This document shows positions 19,281-30,434 of a DNA stretch of 64,000 bases, piece by piece (position 1 is the first letter of the stretch; each line of letters opens with the position of its first letter). Origin of the DNA: an uncultured Nitrososphaerota archaeon. Its GTDB lineage: Archaea > Thermoproteota > Nitrososphaeria > Nitrososphaerales > Gagatemarchaeaceae. The notes under the pieces were generated by a model. It did no database searches, had not been told where the DNA came from, and worked only from the letters and a program-made list of their open reading frames with translations. Location: the NCBI GenBank assembly GCA_963838925.1, contig CAWISW010000002.1:128001-192000 (forward strand). The letters run 5' to 3'. The translations under genes and the position numbers were made by a program.

Positions 19281-19709
19281 TTGAAAATCGCCTTGGACCG
19301 TTTAATATTGCCAGAGCCCGGACTCATCCACCCGATGAGAGGCGCGAAAGGCAATCCGGCCGTGACTCGGATTCAATCGTGGGCGGAGGAGGTCAGAGAG
19401 GAAGAGGCCGACAGGGCACTAAGGCAGCTTCAGACTGTGAGCGCCAAGGACAAGAAGACGCTCAACTCTTTGAGCAAGAGGCTGGTCGACGAGATTCTGA
19501 TCTCTCCCAGCGTCTTCGCGGAAGAGAGCAGCCACGCGTTCCCTAATTCGAGGCGGTTGCCAATTGTCTGCAGGATGTTCGAGAGGCAGGGGGTGAGTTG
19601 TGATGCGTCCCACTGTGTTGCCTGCGACGCGTTCAAGGTCGGCGTTCCTCTCGAAGAGAGTTGCGGGATGATAATGAGTAACGAAAAGAATAGGGGAGCA
19701 TGGCGGTGA
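19281..19709 (+). CDS. Stand-alone GluTR dimerisation-domain paralog with a Cys-rich tail
   Basis: WAEEVREEEADRALR..LSKRLVDEILISP is collinear with the HemA C-terminus; overlaps the hemH start; ATG at 19335 is an alternative start. Confidence 0.72.
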   Translation: MKIALDRLILPEPGLIHPMRGAKGNPAVTRIQSWAEEVREEEADRALRQLQTVSAKDKKTLNSLSKRLVDEILISPSVFAEESSHAFPNSRRLPIVCRMFERQGVSCDASHCVACDAFKVGVPLEESCGMIMSNEKNRGAWR

Positions 19710-20608
19710 AGGGCGTTCTCCTCCTTACCTACGGGACGCCGAGTTCCCTTGACCAGGTCGAGGCGTACTATACACACATCCGCGGGGGCAAGCGACCATC
19801 AGATGCCCAGCTAGCCGACCTTGTCGCGAGGTACAAAGCCATCGGCGGTAGCTCCCCGCTGATACGGATAACCGAAGGCCAAGGAACGAAACTGCAGGCC
19901 AGGCTGAGGAGTGAAGGCTCATCTACCAGAGTCTATTGCGGGATGAAGCACTCGCCCCCCTTCATCGCCGATGTGATGAGGCAGGCATCAGAGGACGGGG
20001 TGAAGGAAATGCTGGCGATTCCTCTCACACCGCACTATTCCAAGATGAACACCGAGACTTACGTGCTGTCTGTCGAGATGGCGAACTACAACTTGACTAA
20101 CAAGATGAAGCTAGACTTCGTGAAGTCCTGGAACACCAACCCGAAGCTCCTAGATGCATGGGCGAAGAGGGTCGAGCAGGCCCAGGCCGGCCTTCCCCGT
20201 GACAATTCTCTCATCTTCTCCGCCCACAGTCTTCCGGAGAGGACTTTGGCAGAGGGAGACGTGTATAGGTCCAGGCTCCTCGAGACATCGGAACTCGTCG
20301 CATCCCGGGTAGGCAGGGAGGATTGGTCATTTGCATTTCAGAGCGCGGGGCACACCGGGGAGCCTTGGCTCGGCCCCGATATCATCGAGCATCTCCAGAG
20401 CCTTTTCGACGGCGGCCAGCGCAGCTTCATCATCGCCCCTATCGGCTTCGTCTCTGACCACCTCGAAGTGCTATACGACATTGACGTGGAGTGCATGGGA
20501 TGGGCACGCGAGCATGGCGCGAGCCTAGTGAGGTGCAAGATGCTCAACGACTCTGATGAGTTTATCGATTGCCTCCACTCCTTGGTCGTCGAGGGGGGTT
20601 TCGCCTGA
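19700..20608 (+). CDS. hemH: Ferrochelatase (coproporphyrin-type, CpfC)
   Basis: LLLTYGTP, YYTHIRGG, FSAHSLP, QSAG..W, GFVSDHLEVLYDID. Confidence 0.94.
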   Translation: MAVKGVLLLTYGTPSSLDQVEAYYTHIRGGKRPSDAQLADLVARYKAIGGSSPLIRITEGQGTKLQARLRSEGSSTRVYCGMKHSPPFIADVMRQASEDGVKEMLAIPLTPHYSKMNTETYVLSVEMANYNLTNKMKLDFVKSWNTNPKLLDAWAKRVEQAQAGLPRDNSLIFSAHSLPERTLAEGDVYRSRLLETSELVASRVGREDWSFAFQSAGHTGEPWLGPDIIEHLQSLFDGGQRSFIIAPIGFVSDHLEVLYDIDVECMGWAREHGASLVRCKMLNDSDEFIDCLHSLVVEGGFA

Positions 20609-21747
20609 TGGCCATGAGGCAGTCACAACTTGTAGGGTCGAGCGTCGAGCGCGCCCAGACGCTCTTCTCTGAGAAGCCCGTGCTCGTGTTCTGGGAGACC
20701 ACTAGGGCCTGCAAACTCTCGTGCGTCCACTGTAGAGCGTCCGCCATAAGGGAGCCACTTCCCGGCCAACTGACGACGGAACAAGGGAGGAAGCTGATCG
20801 AACAAGTGGCGTCCTTCGGCAAGCCAGGACCAACGATGATCTTCACGGGCGGGGACCCCTTGCTCAGGGACGACCTCTTCGAGCTGCTAGGACACGCGAC
20901 AGAGCTTGGCGTCCGCTTCGCGGTTTCGCCCGCCGCCTCTGACCTCCTCACATACGACAAGCTAAGGCGCCTCAAGGAGGCTGGCGCCGTGGCGATTTCC
21001 CTGAGCCTGGATGGGGCTTCAGAAGAGACTCACGACGCTATTCGGCGCGAGGCGGGCACGTTCAGAAGGACCGTCCAAGCGGCGCGGGATGCCGCAAGCC
21101 TGGGATTGAACGCCCAAGTCAACACCACCGTGATGAGTAACAACTTTGGAGAGCTCCCGAAGATCTTCCGCCTTGTCGCGGGCCTAGGCGTGAAGACCTG
21201 GGAAGTCTTCTTCCTGGTGAAGATTGGGAGGGGAACCGGGGTCGACGACCTCTCCCCCGAAGAGTGCGAGAGCGTCTGCAACCTTCTCTACGACGCGTCC
21301 CACCTTGGCATCACAGTGAGGACCGTCGAGGCGCCGTTCGTGAGAAGAGTCGCTCTCCAGAGGTCTAGGTCGCCCGAATACTGGAAAGACGCCACGTACC
21401 AGACCCTCAAGGCCGACCTCCTCCAGGGGAGCGGGGAGGGCACGGGTCACTCTACTCTCAACCCAAGGGGAACTTTGGACGGGGACGGGATAGTCTTCGT
21501 GGGGTTCGATGGCTCGATATCTCCCGGGGGGTTGCTCCCCCTTCATCTGGGGAACGTCAAGGAGCAGAGCTTGAGGGAGGTCTACAGGGAGAACCTGTTT
21601 CTTAGGCAGGTACGGGATCGAACGCTGACCGGGCCCTGCGGCGTCTGCGAGTTCAAGCAGATTTGCGGGGGGAGCAGGGCGAGGGCCTACGCCAAGAGCG
21701 GGGATGCCCTCTCCTCCGATTCGGCGTGCATTCTGGTCAGCCCTTGA
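20608..21747 (+). CDS. Radical SAM/SPASM protein (AhbC/AhbD/NirJ-related)
   Basis: WETTRACKLSCVHCRA, FTGGDPL, C-terminal CGVCEFKQICGGSRARAY; TGATG coupling to hemH. Confidence 0.88.
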   Translation: MAMRQSQLVGSSVERAQTLFSEKPVLVFWETTRACKLSCVHCRASAIREPLPGQLTTEQGRKLIEQVASFGKPGPTMIFTGGDPLLRDDLFELLGHATELGVRFAVSPAASDLLTYDKLRRLKEAGAVAISLSLDGASEETHDAIRREAGTFRRTVQAARDAASLGLNAQVNTTVMSNNFGELPKIFRLVAGLGVKTWEVFFLVKIGRGTGVDDLSPEECESVCNLLYDASHLGITVRTVEAPFVRRVALQRSRSPEYWKDATYQTLKADLLQGSGEGTGHSTLNPRGTLDGDGIVFVGFDGSISPGGLLPLHLGNVKEQSLREVYRENLFLRQVRDRTLTGPCGVCEFKQICGGSRARAYAKSGDALSSDSACILVSP

Positions 21748-22235
21748 CCCCGCTCGTAAATGCCGTCGTGCTCTGGGTGCACCTGTTCAGCGCCGTCCTA
21801 TTCGTCGGCGGGTCGTTCTTCATGTGGATCGTCGTGGTCCCTGCGTCTCACGCCCTAACCGAAAATGAGGCGGAGCGGACCCGAATGGTCGGTAGAATGG
21901 CGAAGCAGTTCGCCAAAATCGTCAACCCAGCGCTTGCGGTCCTCGTCGTGACTGGAATCTACAACGTCACATGGTACCTGCCCTCGGTTGGAAGTCTCTT
22001 CGGCTCCTATGCGGGCCACCTTCTTCTGTTCAAGCTCTCGGCGGTTGTCGCGCTAATCGTGATGATCTACGTCAGCAACGTCTACTTCGGAAGGCGGATC
22101 ATGAGATTTGCGAGGGAAGGGAGGCTCGAGGAGCTGAAGGCCCTGAGAAGGACTAGCAGAGTCATCTCGTTCGCGAACCTGGGGCTGATGGTAATCATCC
22201 TTCTAGTTGTCGTCGTCATGCAGACGACGACGTAG
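21744..22235 (+). CDS. CopD/HemJ-clan four-TM membrane protein
   Basis: LWVHLFSAVLFVGG, VVTGIYN, LLLFKL; TTGA overlap with the radical SAM gene. Confidence 0.7.
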   Translation: MTPLVNAVVLWVHLFSAVLFVGGSFFMWIVVVPASHALTENEAERTRMVGRMAKQFAKIVNPALAVLVVTGIYNVTWYLPSVGSLFGSYAGHLLLFKLSAVVALIVMIYVSNVYFGRRIMRFAREGRLEELKALRRTSRVISFANLGLMVIILLVVVVMQTTT

Positions 22236-22479
22236 ACTGCTGCTGGAAGCTTGCCGACTTACCCAAGAAGACTTGGCCCCATTGGAGACAGCCAATAGAG
22301 AGTAATTCCAGCTCACTCAGACAATATGAGCTTAGAACTGCCTCATGCTTTAGCGGGCCCGACGGGATCCGCCCCTGAACGGGTTCTCGAAGTTGATTCC
22401 ACACGACGATAACGCCCGTTTTTTCAGCGCGGAGTTCTCAAGAATTCATTTATCTGCCGTGGTGAGCGTCCCGACGACC

Positions 22480-22602
22480 ATGACGACTGGCCACGCCAAG
22501 ATACGAGCAGTCATGGTCATGATCGTGATAATGGTCGTTACAGCGGCCCTCGCTCTCTTGAAAGTGGGCGGTTTTCCAAGTGCATCCCAGCCACCGCGCT
22601 AA
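22480..22602 (+). CDS. Possible small single-TM peptide
   Basis: MTTGHAKIRAVMVMIVIMVVTAALALLK hydrophobic stretch. Confidence 0.3.
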   Translation: MTTGHAKIRAVMVMIVIMVVTAALALLKVGGFPSASQPPR

Positions 22603-22665
22603 ACTTTCTGAGGTCAGGATCATTCAGAGGACGCTCAGCCCAGATTCAACGAGGATGGAAGGCGC

Positions 22666-23712
22666 ATGAACCGAAAAGGGGTCTGCTACGACGCCGGCAG
22701 CTATATGGGATTCAACTGGCGCCCGGTCTTCGAACCCAAGGTCGTCCGCCGCGAGCTCGAGATAGTCAGGAAAGACCTTCACTGCAACGCGGTCAGCATC
22801 GGCGCAAGGGACATCGGGCGGCTAGTGACCGCCGCGACTGCCGCGCTCGAGGAGGGACTCGAGGTATGGCTCTCGCCTCTGCTGTGGGACAAGAGCGAAG
22901 ACGAGACCGTCGCGTACTTGGCCAAGGCGGCCGGGCCTCTGGAGGCTCTCCACAAGCAGTGGCCCGACAAGGTGGTTTTGAGCGTCGGCGGCGAGTCCAC
23001 CCTCTTCATGCACGGGATACTCGAGGGGAAGAACATCATCCAGCGGCTCGGGAACCCAAAGGCCAGAGCGCGAATAATGGCCGGCGAGCACAACGGGCCG
23101 CTCAACGCGTTCCTGGCGAGGGCCGTGGCCGCCGTCAGGAAGGAGTTCAAGGGCAAGCTGACGTATCACTCCCTAATCTGGGAGAAGGTCGACTGGAGCC
23201 TCTTCGACTATGTCGGCGTGGACCACTACCGGGCCAAGGACATCGAGGACAGATACGTCGAGATGCTGAAGCCGCTCTTCGACACCGGCAAGCCCGTGGT
23301 CACGGAGTTCGGGTACAATACGTACCAGAGCGACGGGAAGCTCGCCCAGGTCCTCCTGGGAGGAGGGGACGTCGACTCCAAGTCGCAGTTCTTCCACAGC
23401 CTCCCGGTCGTCGGAAGGTTCGTCCGTCCCAAGGTGAGGGTCATCCACCCGCGCGACGAGGCCTGGCAGGCGCGCAAGCTCGTCGAGACCCTGAAGGTCC
23501 TCGACGCCGCGGGCGTGGACGGGGCCTTCGTGTCGCAGTTCGTGTCCCAGACCAACCCCTACGAGGAAGGCCCGAGGTACGACCTGGACACGACGAACCA
23601 GAGCTTGGTGAGATACTACGAGGGCGGGAAGCATGGAACGACCTACCCTGACATGCCGTGGGAGCCGAAGGAATCGTTCATGGCGGTCGCAAGATATTAC
23701 GCCGAGCACTAG
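22666..23712 (+). CDS. Glycoside-hydrolase-like TIM-barrel protein
   Basis: KGVCYD, DLHCNAV, DYVGVDHY, PVVTEFG, WEPKESF; resembles a family common in Actinobacteria. Confidence 0.65.
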   Translation: MNRKGVCYDAGSYMGFNWRPVFEPKVVRRELEIVRKDLHCNAVSIGARDIGRLVTAATAALEEGLEVWLSPLLWDKSEDETVAYLAKAAGPLEALHKQWPDKVVLSVGGESTLFMHGILEGKNIIQRLGNPKARARIMAGEHNGPLNAFLARAVAAVRKEFKGKLTYHSLIWEKVDWSLFDYVGVDHYRAKDIEDRYVEMLKPLFDTGKPVVTEFGYNTYQSDGKLAQVLLGGGDVDSKSQFFHSLPVVGRFVRPKVRVIHPRDEAWQARKLVETLKVLDAAGVDGAFVSQFVSQTNPYEEGPRYDLDTTNQSLVRYYEGGKHGTTYPDMPWEPKESFMAVARYYAEH

Positions 23713-23853
23713 AATCAGCCTCTGAACCTTACTGGACTCGTCGTCTCACACCACGCGCATTGTGATGAACGACCGTCAGGTGGAATAGGGTACCTGGCGA
23801 GGTGACATGGAGCACCCAAACATTGATTTCCGGCGTGCGACGACCGAGGGGAG

Positions 23854-24837
23854 ATGGAGGACATCATCTCAGTCGAGGACCTGGTCGTCGTCTATCAGGA
23901 CGGGACGCGGGCGGTCGACGGCATCTCCTTCGCCGTCAAGAAGGGCGAGTTCTTCGGGTTCCTCGGACCCAACGGAGCGGGCAAGAGCACCGTCATCAAG
24001 ACGCTCACCACCCTTCTCAGGAAGACCTCTGGGAAGGTCTCGGTCGCGGGAGTCGACCTCGACTCTGATCCCGCCGCGATACGCAGGTCAATCGGTGTCC
24101 TCACGCAGGAGTCGAGCCTCGACGTCGACCTCAAGGGAAGGGAGAACCTCAGGCTCCAAGGCCGCCTCCAGCAGATGCACGGGCGCGCCCTAGACGAGAG
24201 GGTCGATGAGCTCCTCAAGCTGGTCGAACTCGACAAGGTCGGGGACAAGGAGGCCGGGCGATACTCAGGTGGGATGAGGAAGCGGCTCGACCTCGCCTGC
24301 GCGCTGGTGCACAGTCCGAGGATACTCTTCCTCGACGAGCCGACCACGGGTCTGGACCCCCAGTCGCGGACCACCATCTGGCAGCACCTAGAGGAGCTGA
24401 GCAGGAATCAGGGCGTCACGATCTTCCTCACAACCCAGTACCTCGAGGAGGCCGACCGGCTCTGCCGCCAGCTTTCGATAATAGATCACGGAAAGCTCAT
24501 AGCCAATGGGAGCCCTTCAGAGCTCAAGGCGAGCATGGGCGGGGACGCCATCGACCTGACGCTCGAGGCTTCTGCGAAGGCGAAGGCAAAAGAGATTCTC
24601 AAGTCGATTCAGGGGATCTCGGGCGTCATGGACTCTGACACCGGGGTGACCGCTTACGCCAAGAACGCGGGGGAGGTCATCACGGAGGTCGTCACTGCCC
24701 TCGACCGGAGCGGCATCCGCCCATCGTTCCTCAGCATCTCTTCTCCAACGCTCGACGACCTCTTCCTCAAGAAGACAGGCAGGCGTATAAGGTCTGACGA
24801 CCTGCAGAGGAAGGAGACAGAGCCGTTCCTGATGTGA
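23854..24837 (+). CDS. ABC exporter ATP-binding subunit (DrrA-like)
   Basis: GPNGAGKS, YSGGM, FLDEPTTGLD. Confidence 0.93.
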   Translation: MEDIISVEDLVVVYQDGTRAVDGISFAVKKGEFFGFLGPNGAGKSTVIKTLTTLLRKTSGKVSVAGVDLDSDPAAIRRSIGVLTQESSLDVDLKGRENLRLQGRLQQMHGRALDERVDELLKLVELDKVGDKEAGRYSGGMRKRLDLACALVHSPRILFLDEPTTGLDPQSRTTIWQHLEELSRNQGVTIFLTTQYLEEADRLCRQLSIIDHGKLIANGSPSELKASMGGDAIDLTLEASAKAKAKEILKSIQGISGVMDSDTGVTAYAKNAGEVITEVVTALDRSGIRPSFLSISSPTLDDLFLKKTGRRIRSDDLQRKETEPFLM

Positions 24838-24847
24838 GGCGGTCGGC

Positions 24848-25615
24848 CTGACCCTGCTCTACGACACCGAGTCACACTTCCGAAGAGGCCTGACGAAGAT
24901 GATCAGGAATCCGACTCTCCTCGTCACATACTTGGTCGAGCCCATCGCCTTCCTCGTCCTCTTCTCCCAGATGTTCACAAGGCTGGGCGACTTCCTTCCT
25001 CCCAACTCGGGAGGGTACGTGGCCTACCTCACGCCCGGGATCCTTGTCTTCTGCGCGCTCATCGGCTCTCCGCAGGGCGGGGTCTCTATCGTGAACGACA
25101 TCAACTCGGGCTTCCTCTCGAAGGTCCTCCTGACCCAGTCCTCGAGGTCCGCAATATTGATCGGGAGGCTCTTTACAGACGTGACCCTCGTCGTAGGAGA
25201 GGCGGTCATCACTATCATAACGGCGGCAGTGATGGGGGTGACCATCTCGTCTGGCCTGCCAGGAATCCTCCTGATCCTCGTGACGATCGCGTTCTTCGAG
25301 ATGGCCCTCTCGGGCATCTTTCTGGCGATAGGCATCGCCACCAGGAAGACGGAGACGCTCTCCGCCGTCTCGGGGTTCCTCTACCTCCCCATGATCTTCC
25401 TCAGCACGTCCATGTTCCCGGCCGCCTTCCTGCCGGGCTGGGCCCAGACGGTATCCAACTACAATCCCGTCACCTACATCTCGAACGTGACGCGTGAGCT
25501 GGTCTCCGGTGGGTTCAACCTCAACACGCTGGTCGAAGGCTATGCCCTGACGGGACTCATAGCCCTCGTGACGCTCGCCGCGACCCTCTACCAGTTCAGA
25601 AGAGTCGTGAGTTAG
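24848..25615 (+). CDS. ABC-2 type permease (DrrB-like)
   Basis: YLTPG, YNPVTY, six TM helices; frame open from CTG 24848, first ATG at 24899. Confidence 0.88.
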   Translation: MTLLYDTESHFRRGLTKMIRNPTLLVTYLVEPIAFLVLFSQMFTRLGDFLPPNSGGYVAYLTPGILVFCALIGSPQGGVSIVNDINSGFLSKVLLTQSSRSAILIGRLFTDVTLVVGEAVITIITAAVMGVTISSGLPGILLILVTIAFFEMALSGIFLAIGIATRKTETLSAVSGFLYLPMIFLSTSMFPAAFLPGWAQTVSNYNPVTYISNVTRELVSGGFNLNTLVEGYALTGLIALVTLAATLYQFRRVVS

Positions 25616-25783
25616 CCGCAAGCCCAGCAAGCCAGTTCGATTCGAGTAGATGCCTAGGGGATTGTTACCAAATGGCCATAATCACGCCCGGCGCATCAAT
25701 CTTAGCCTGCGGGCTCATCGCTCGCGGCAATCGTTAAGAACGAGCACCCGGGTCGAAGTGGGAGCGGCGAGGCGTGTCCTGAA

Positions 25784-26704
25784 ATGATAGAGACGGAGGG
25801 CCTTACGAAGAGGTTCGGCAGCCTTACCGCCGTCGATAGCGTCTCCTTCAAGGTGGAGGAGGGGGAGGTGTTCGGCTTCCTCGGGCCAAACGGGGCAGGC
25901 AAGACAACCACCGTCAGGATGCTCTGCTGCCTAATCTCAAAGACCAGCGGCGAGGCCAGGATCGCGGACTACGACGTCGGCAAGGATTCGGACTCCCTGA
26001 AGATCCGGAAGCTCATAGGCTTGGTCCCCGACAGCGTAGGTCTCTACGACGACCTCACGGCCTACGATAACCTGGAGTTCTACGGCAAGCTCTATGGCTG
26101 CACCGAGGCGCAGAGGAGAGAGAACATAGAGCGCTTCCTCAAGATGCTTGGCCTCTGGGAGAAGAAGGACGTGACGGCGGGGACGTTCTCGAAGGGGATG
26201 AAGCAGAAGCTGGCCATCGCACGGGCGCTCATCCACGACCCCCAAGTGCTCTTCATGGACGAGCCGACGGTCAACCTCGACCCTGAGTCTGCGAAGACTG
26301 TCAGGGACTTCATCCTCGAGCTCAAGAGGGAGAAGAAGACGGTCTTCCTGAACACGCACAACCTCGACGAGGCGCAGAGGATCTGCGACAGGATCGCGAT
26401 ACTCAACACCAAGCTGATGGCCATCGGCACCGCGGAGGAGCTCGAGCGCTCCGTCCGGGGAAGGCAGACGGTCGTGCAGCTCGCGCAGGTGAGCGACGCG
26501 ATCATCGGGGCATTGGGGAGGCTCTCGACCGGGAAGGTGACGAGGGACGGCAACAGCATCACGGTCGACGTGATGAGCCCCGAGAAGGAGAACCCGGAGA
26601 TCGTGCGCGCAATCGTCGGGGCCGGGGGCGACGTCCAATCCGTCTCCATCAGCACCTCGACGCTGGAGGACGCCTACCTGAAGCTGGTGAAGGAGACAAC
26701 ATGA
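25784..26704 (+). CDS. ABC transporter ATP-binding subunit
   Basis: GPNGAGKT, FSKGM, FMDEP, THNL. Confidence 0.93.
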   Translation: MIETEGLTKRFGSLTAVDSVSFKVEEGEVFGFLGPNGAGKTTTVRMLCCLISKTSGEARIADYDVGKDSDSLKIRKLIGLVPDSVGLYDDLTAYDNLEFYGKLYGCTEAQRRENIERFLKMLGLWEKKDVTAGTFSKGMKQKLAIARALIHDPQVLFMDEPTVNLDPESAKTVRDFILELKREKKTVFLNTHNLDEAQRICDRIAILNTKLMAIGTAEELERSVRGRQTVVQLAQVSDAIIGALGRLSTGKVTRDGNSITVDVMSPEKENPEIVRAIVGAGGDVQSVSISTSTLEDAYLKLVKETT

Positions 26705-27438
26705 ACCTATCGAAATCATGGATAATCGCCAGCAAGGATCTGAAGTCGTTCCTCCGCAAGAGGACGGTCCTATACACTGTCGTGGTCCTGCCTCTGATGC
26801 TCTCAGTGCTTTTCCCGCTGGTGGTCGAGATCTCGAAGAGGAAGGGGGGAGGAATCCCTGCAGCCCTCTTGCCGGGTTACCTGGACGCCTTCGCGTTCTT
26901 CTTCGTTATCATCCCGGCGATCGTACCGACCCCCATCGCGTCATACAGCATAGTCGGCGAGAAGATAGAGAAGAGCCTGGAGCCGCTCCTCGCGACTCCC
27001 ACGACTGACGGCGAGATACTTCTAGGAAAGTACCTGGCCGCGTTCCTCCCGGCCATAATAGCCACCTACGCTGGCGCCGCGATTTACATGACGCTAATGG
27101 ACAGCGTCACCTACGGCACGCTCCACCATCTCTTCTATCCAAACTGGGGCTTCGCCCTCATCCTGCTGGTCCTCGCCCCCCTGTCGGCGACGTTAAGCGT
27201 CGAGGCGAGCGTGATCGCCTCGTCGAGGGTCAGCGACGTCCGCTCGGCATCGCAGCTAGGGAGCCTCATGTTCCTCCCCTTCATGGGCATCTACCTAGCC
27301 AGCGAGATCGGCCTGATAACACTCAACACCACCAACCTTCTCATCATCGCCGGCGTGCTCGCACTGGTCGCCCTCGCCCTTTTCCGCGTCAGCACCGCCA
27401 CCTTCCGCAGGGAAGAGATACTCACGAAGTGGAAGTAA
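26701..27438 (+). CDS. ABC-2 type permease
   Basis: SIVGEKIEKSLEPLLATP..ILLGK; ATGA overlap. Confidence 0.9.
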   Translation: MNLSKSWIIASKDLKSFLRKRTVLYTVVVLPLMLSVLFPLVVEISKRKGGGIPAALLPGYLDAFAFFFVIIPAIVPTPIASYSIVGEKIEKSLEPLLATPTTDGEILLGKYLAAFLPAIIATYAGAAIYMTLMDSVTYGTLHHLFYPNWGFALILLVLAPLSATLSVEASVIASSRVSDVRSASQLGSLMFLPFMGIYLASEIGLITLNTTNLLIIAGVLALVALALFRVSTATFRREEILTKWK

Positions 27439-27505
27439 TCTCCGGTTCTCCAAGGAAGGATGGGCGGAGAGCCCGATCGGACTCTCTAGGCGGATGATTG
27501 TTTGC

Positions 27506-27892
27506 TTACATTCGGCCTGCAGGCTGGAATAGGCCTACGACGTTCCCCTCGCTGTCCTTGAAGTACGCCGTGAAGCCCATGTCTCCTATCGCCTGCTTCT
27601 TCGAGACCTTCTTTCCGCCTGCCTTCTCGACCTTCTGAAGCGCCTTGTCGATGTCGGCCACGCTGATGGTCACCACTATCGATTTCAGCGGCCCCTCCCT
27701 CTTCCCCATCCCGCCGTTGATCGACCCGGCGTTCTTCGGCATCCCGTTCTTGTCGCTCTCGGTGGTGCCCAGCATCCAGTACGCCATCGGCCCTTCCCAT
27801 TTCATGATGTTCCATCCGAACGCGTCGCTGTAGAACTTCGAAGCGCGCTCCGGTTTGTCTGCAGGGATCTCAAAGTGAACCACTGAATCCAT
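27506..27892 (-). CDS. VOC/glyoxalase family protein
   Basis: VVHFEIP, FYSDAFGW, INGG, DSEGN. Confidence 0.9.
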   Translation of the reverse strand: MDSVVHFEIPADKPERASKFYSDAFGWNIMKWEGPMAYWMLGTTESDKNGMPKNAGSINGGMGKREGPLKSIVVTISVADIDKALQKVEKAGGKKVSKKQAIGDMGFTAYFKDSEGNVVGLFQPAGRM

Positions 27893-28031
27893 GCCACACC
27901 ATTCTCCGGCGGATATTTAACGACCACAGGGAAAGGATTTCTGTAAAGTCTTTTGCGCCGCTTCTTTGGTTGTGTTAGCCCCCGTCTGCCGGACTCAACT
28001 CAGTTAATTAGCTGGGAATTGCCGCTAGTTC

Positions 28032-28145
28032 TTGGGCTGGTCGCACGAGTTGATAACTACTCAACATATCGTCTTAGTTGTCGTCCTTACTGCAATTGTG
28101 ATAGTCGTGGTTTTCGTACTGAAGAAGGTTTTGAAGAAGGGCTAG
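28032..28145 (+). CDS. Possible 37-aa single-TM peptide
   Basis: MGWSHELITTQHIVLVVVLTAIVIVVVFVLKKVLKKG: TM segment then a basic tail; TTG start. Confidence 0.35.
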   Translation: MGWSHELITTQHIVLVVVLTAIVIVVVFVLKKVLKKG

Positions 28146-28301
28146 GACCCGAGATTCTTCTGAATCTTCTGTTCTTGTTCTTCCTGAGTGATTAGGCATT
28201 TCTCTTCAACAGCCCGGCTAGGGACGTGTCATGTTGTCCAGAACGTCAGCTTCGTCTGCCTTGGCCATCCAGGGAAAGGATGGCGTCGCTCGGGCGGCGC
28301 C

Positions 28302-28898
28302 TCACTGCTTCGCGAATCTCTTCTTCATCAGGTGCCTGAGGGCCCTCTTGTCATACCTGTATTCCCTGTCCGTGTCCAGCTCCCCAAAAAACTGGTCCTC
28401 CGTGACCCTTCGGAACAGGACCCTCGAGATCCACAGAGACGCGTCTCTCGTCTTCCCGAATGGCAGCTCCATCACGTAGAACGGATAGTCGGCGGCCGTA
28501 GGAACCACGCCGACGAAAGGCAGGAAGAGCGTGACCAGCCTGGAGCCCGCCGAAAGCTCTTCCTCGAATCGCTCTACGTCGCCTTCTTGCTCATAGTGGC
28601 CGCAGTAGGCGACCGTCGCGTCGTGGATGTCCGAGTCGGCGAAGTCCTCGTTCCTTATCTCTATTCGGTCGGAGAGGCCGAGGCTCTCGACGTACGCCGC
28701 GGCCTTGGCGGCCCTGCCCGCGTGCATCTCGATCCCGACGGCCTTCTTCACGCCGAACTCCTTCACCGCCACGACGCAGAGCTGGCCTCGGCCGCATCCG
28801 AGGTCGTAGAAGACGTCACTCTTGGTCGTCCGCGCGAGCGTGAGGAGCTTCCGGACATGCCTGTTGCTCTGATAGTCCTCCGGCCCCAACCTGTTCAT
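28302..28898 (-). CDS. Class I SAM-dependent methyltransferase (DOT1-like)
   Basis: VFYDLGCGRG, AVGIE, EDF. Confidence 0.85.
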   Translation of the reverse strand: MNRLGPEDYQSNRHVRKLLTLARTTKSDVFYDLGCGRGQLCVVAVKEFGVKKAVGIEMHAGRAAKAAAYVESLGLSDRIEIRNEDFADSDIHDATVAYCGHYEQEGDVERFEEELSAGSRLVTLFLPFVGVVPTAADYPFYVMELPFGKTRDASLWISRVLFRRVTEDQFFGELDTDREYRYDKRALRHLMKKRFAKQ

Positions 28899-28925
28899 CG
28901 CAAAGAGTCCCCCGGCGCCTCCTGA

Positions 28926-30380
<1,455 letters not shown>

Positions 30381-30434
30381 CCCGAGCAATCGGTCAAGCT
30401 TATCGCCCCGCCCATCGGGGCAAGGGGCAGGTGA

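Noticed and set aside
9960-22600. Intact provirus or integrative element at tRNA-Glu
   Set aside because: No integrase, replication or structural genes, and no clean att duplicate beyond 11962
22666-23712. Abortive-infection defence gene
   Set aside because: Similar proteins are sometimes labelled this way, but the motifs indicate a glycoside-hydrolase-like barrel and there is no defence context
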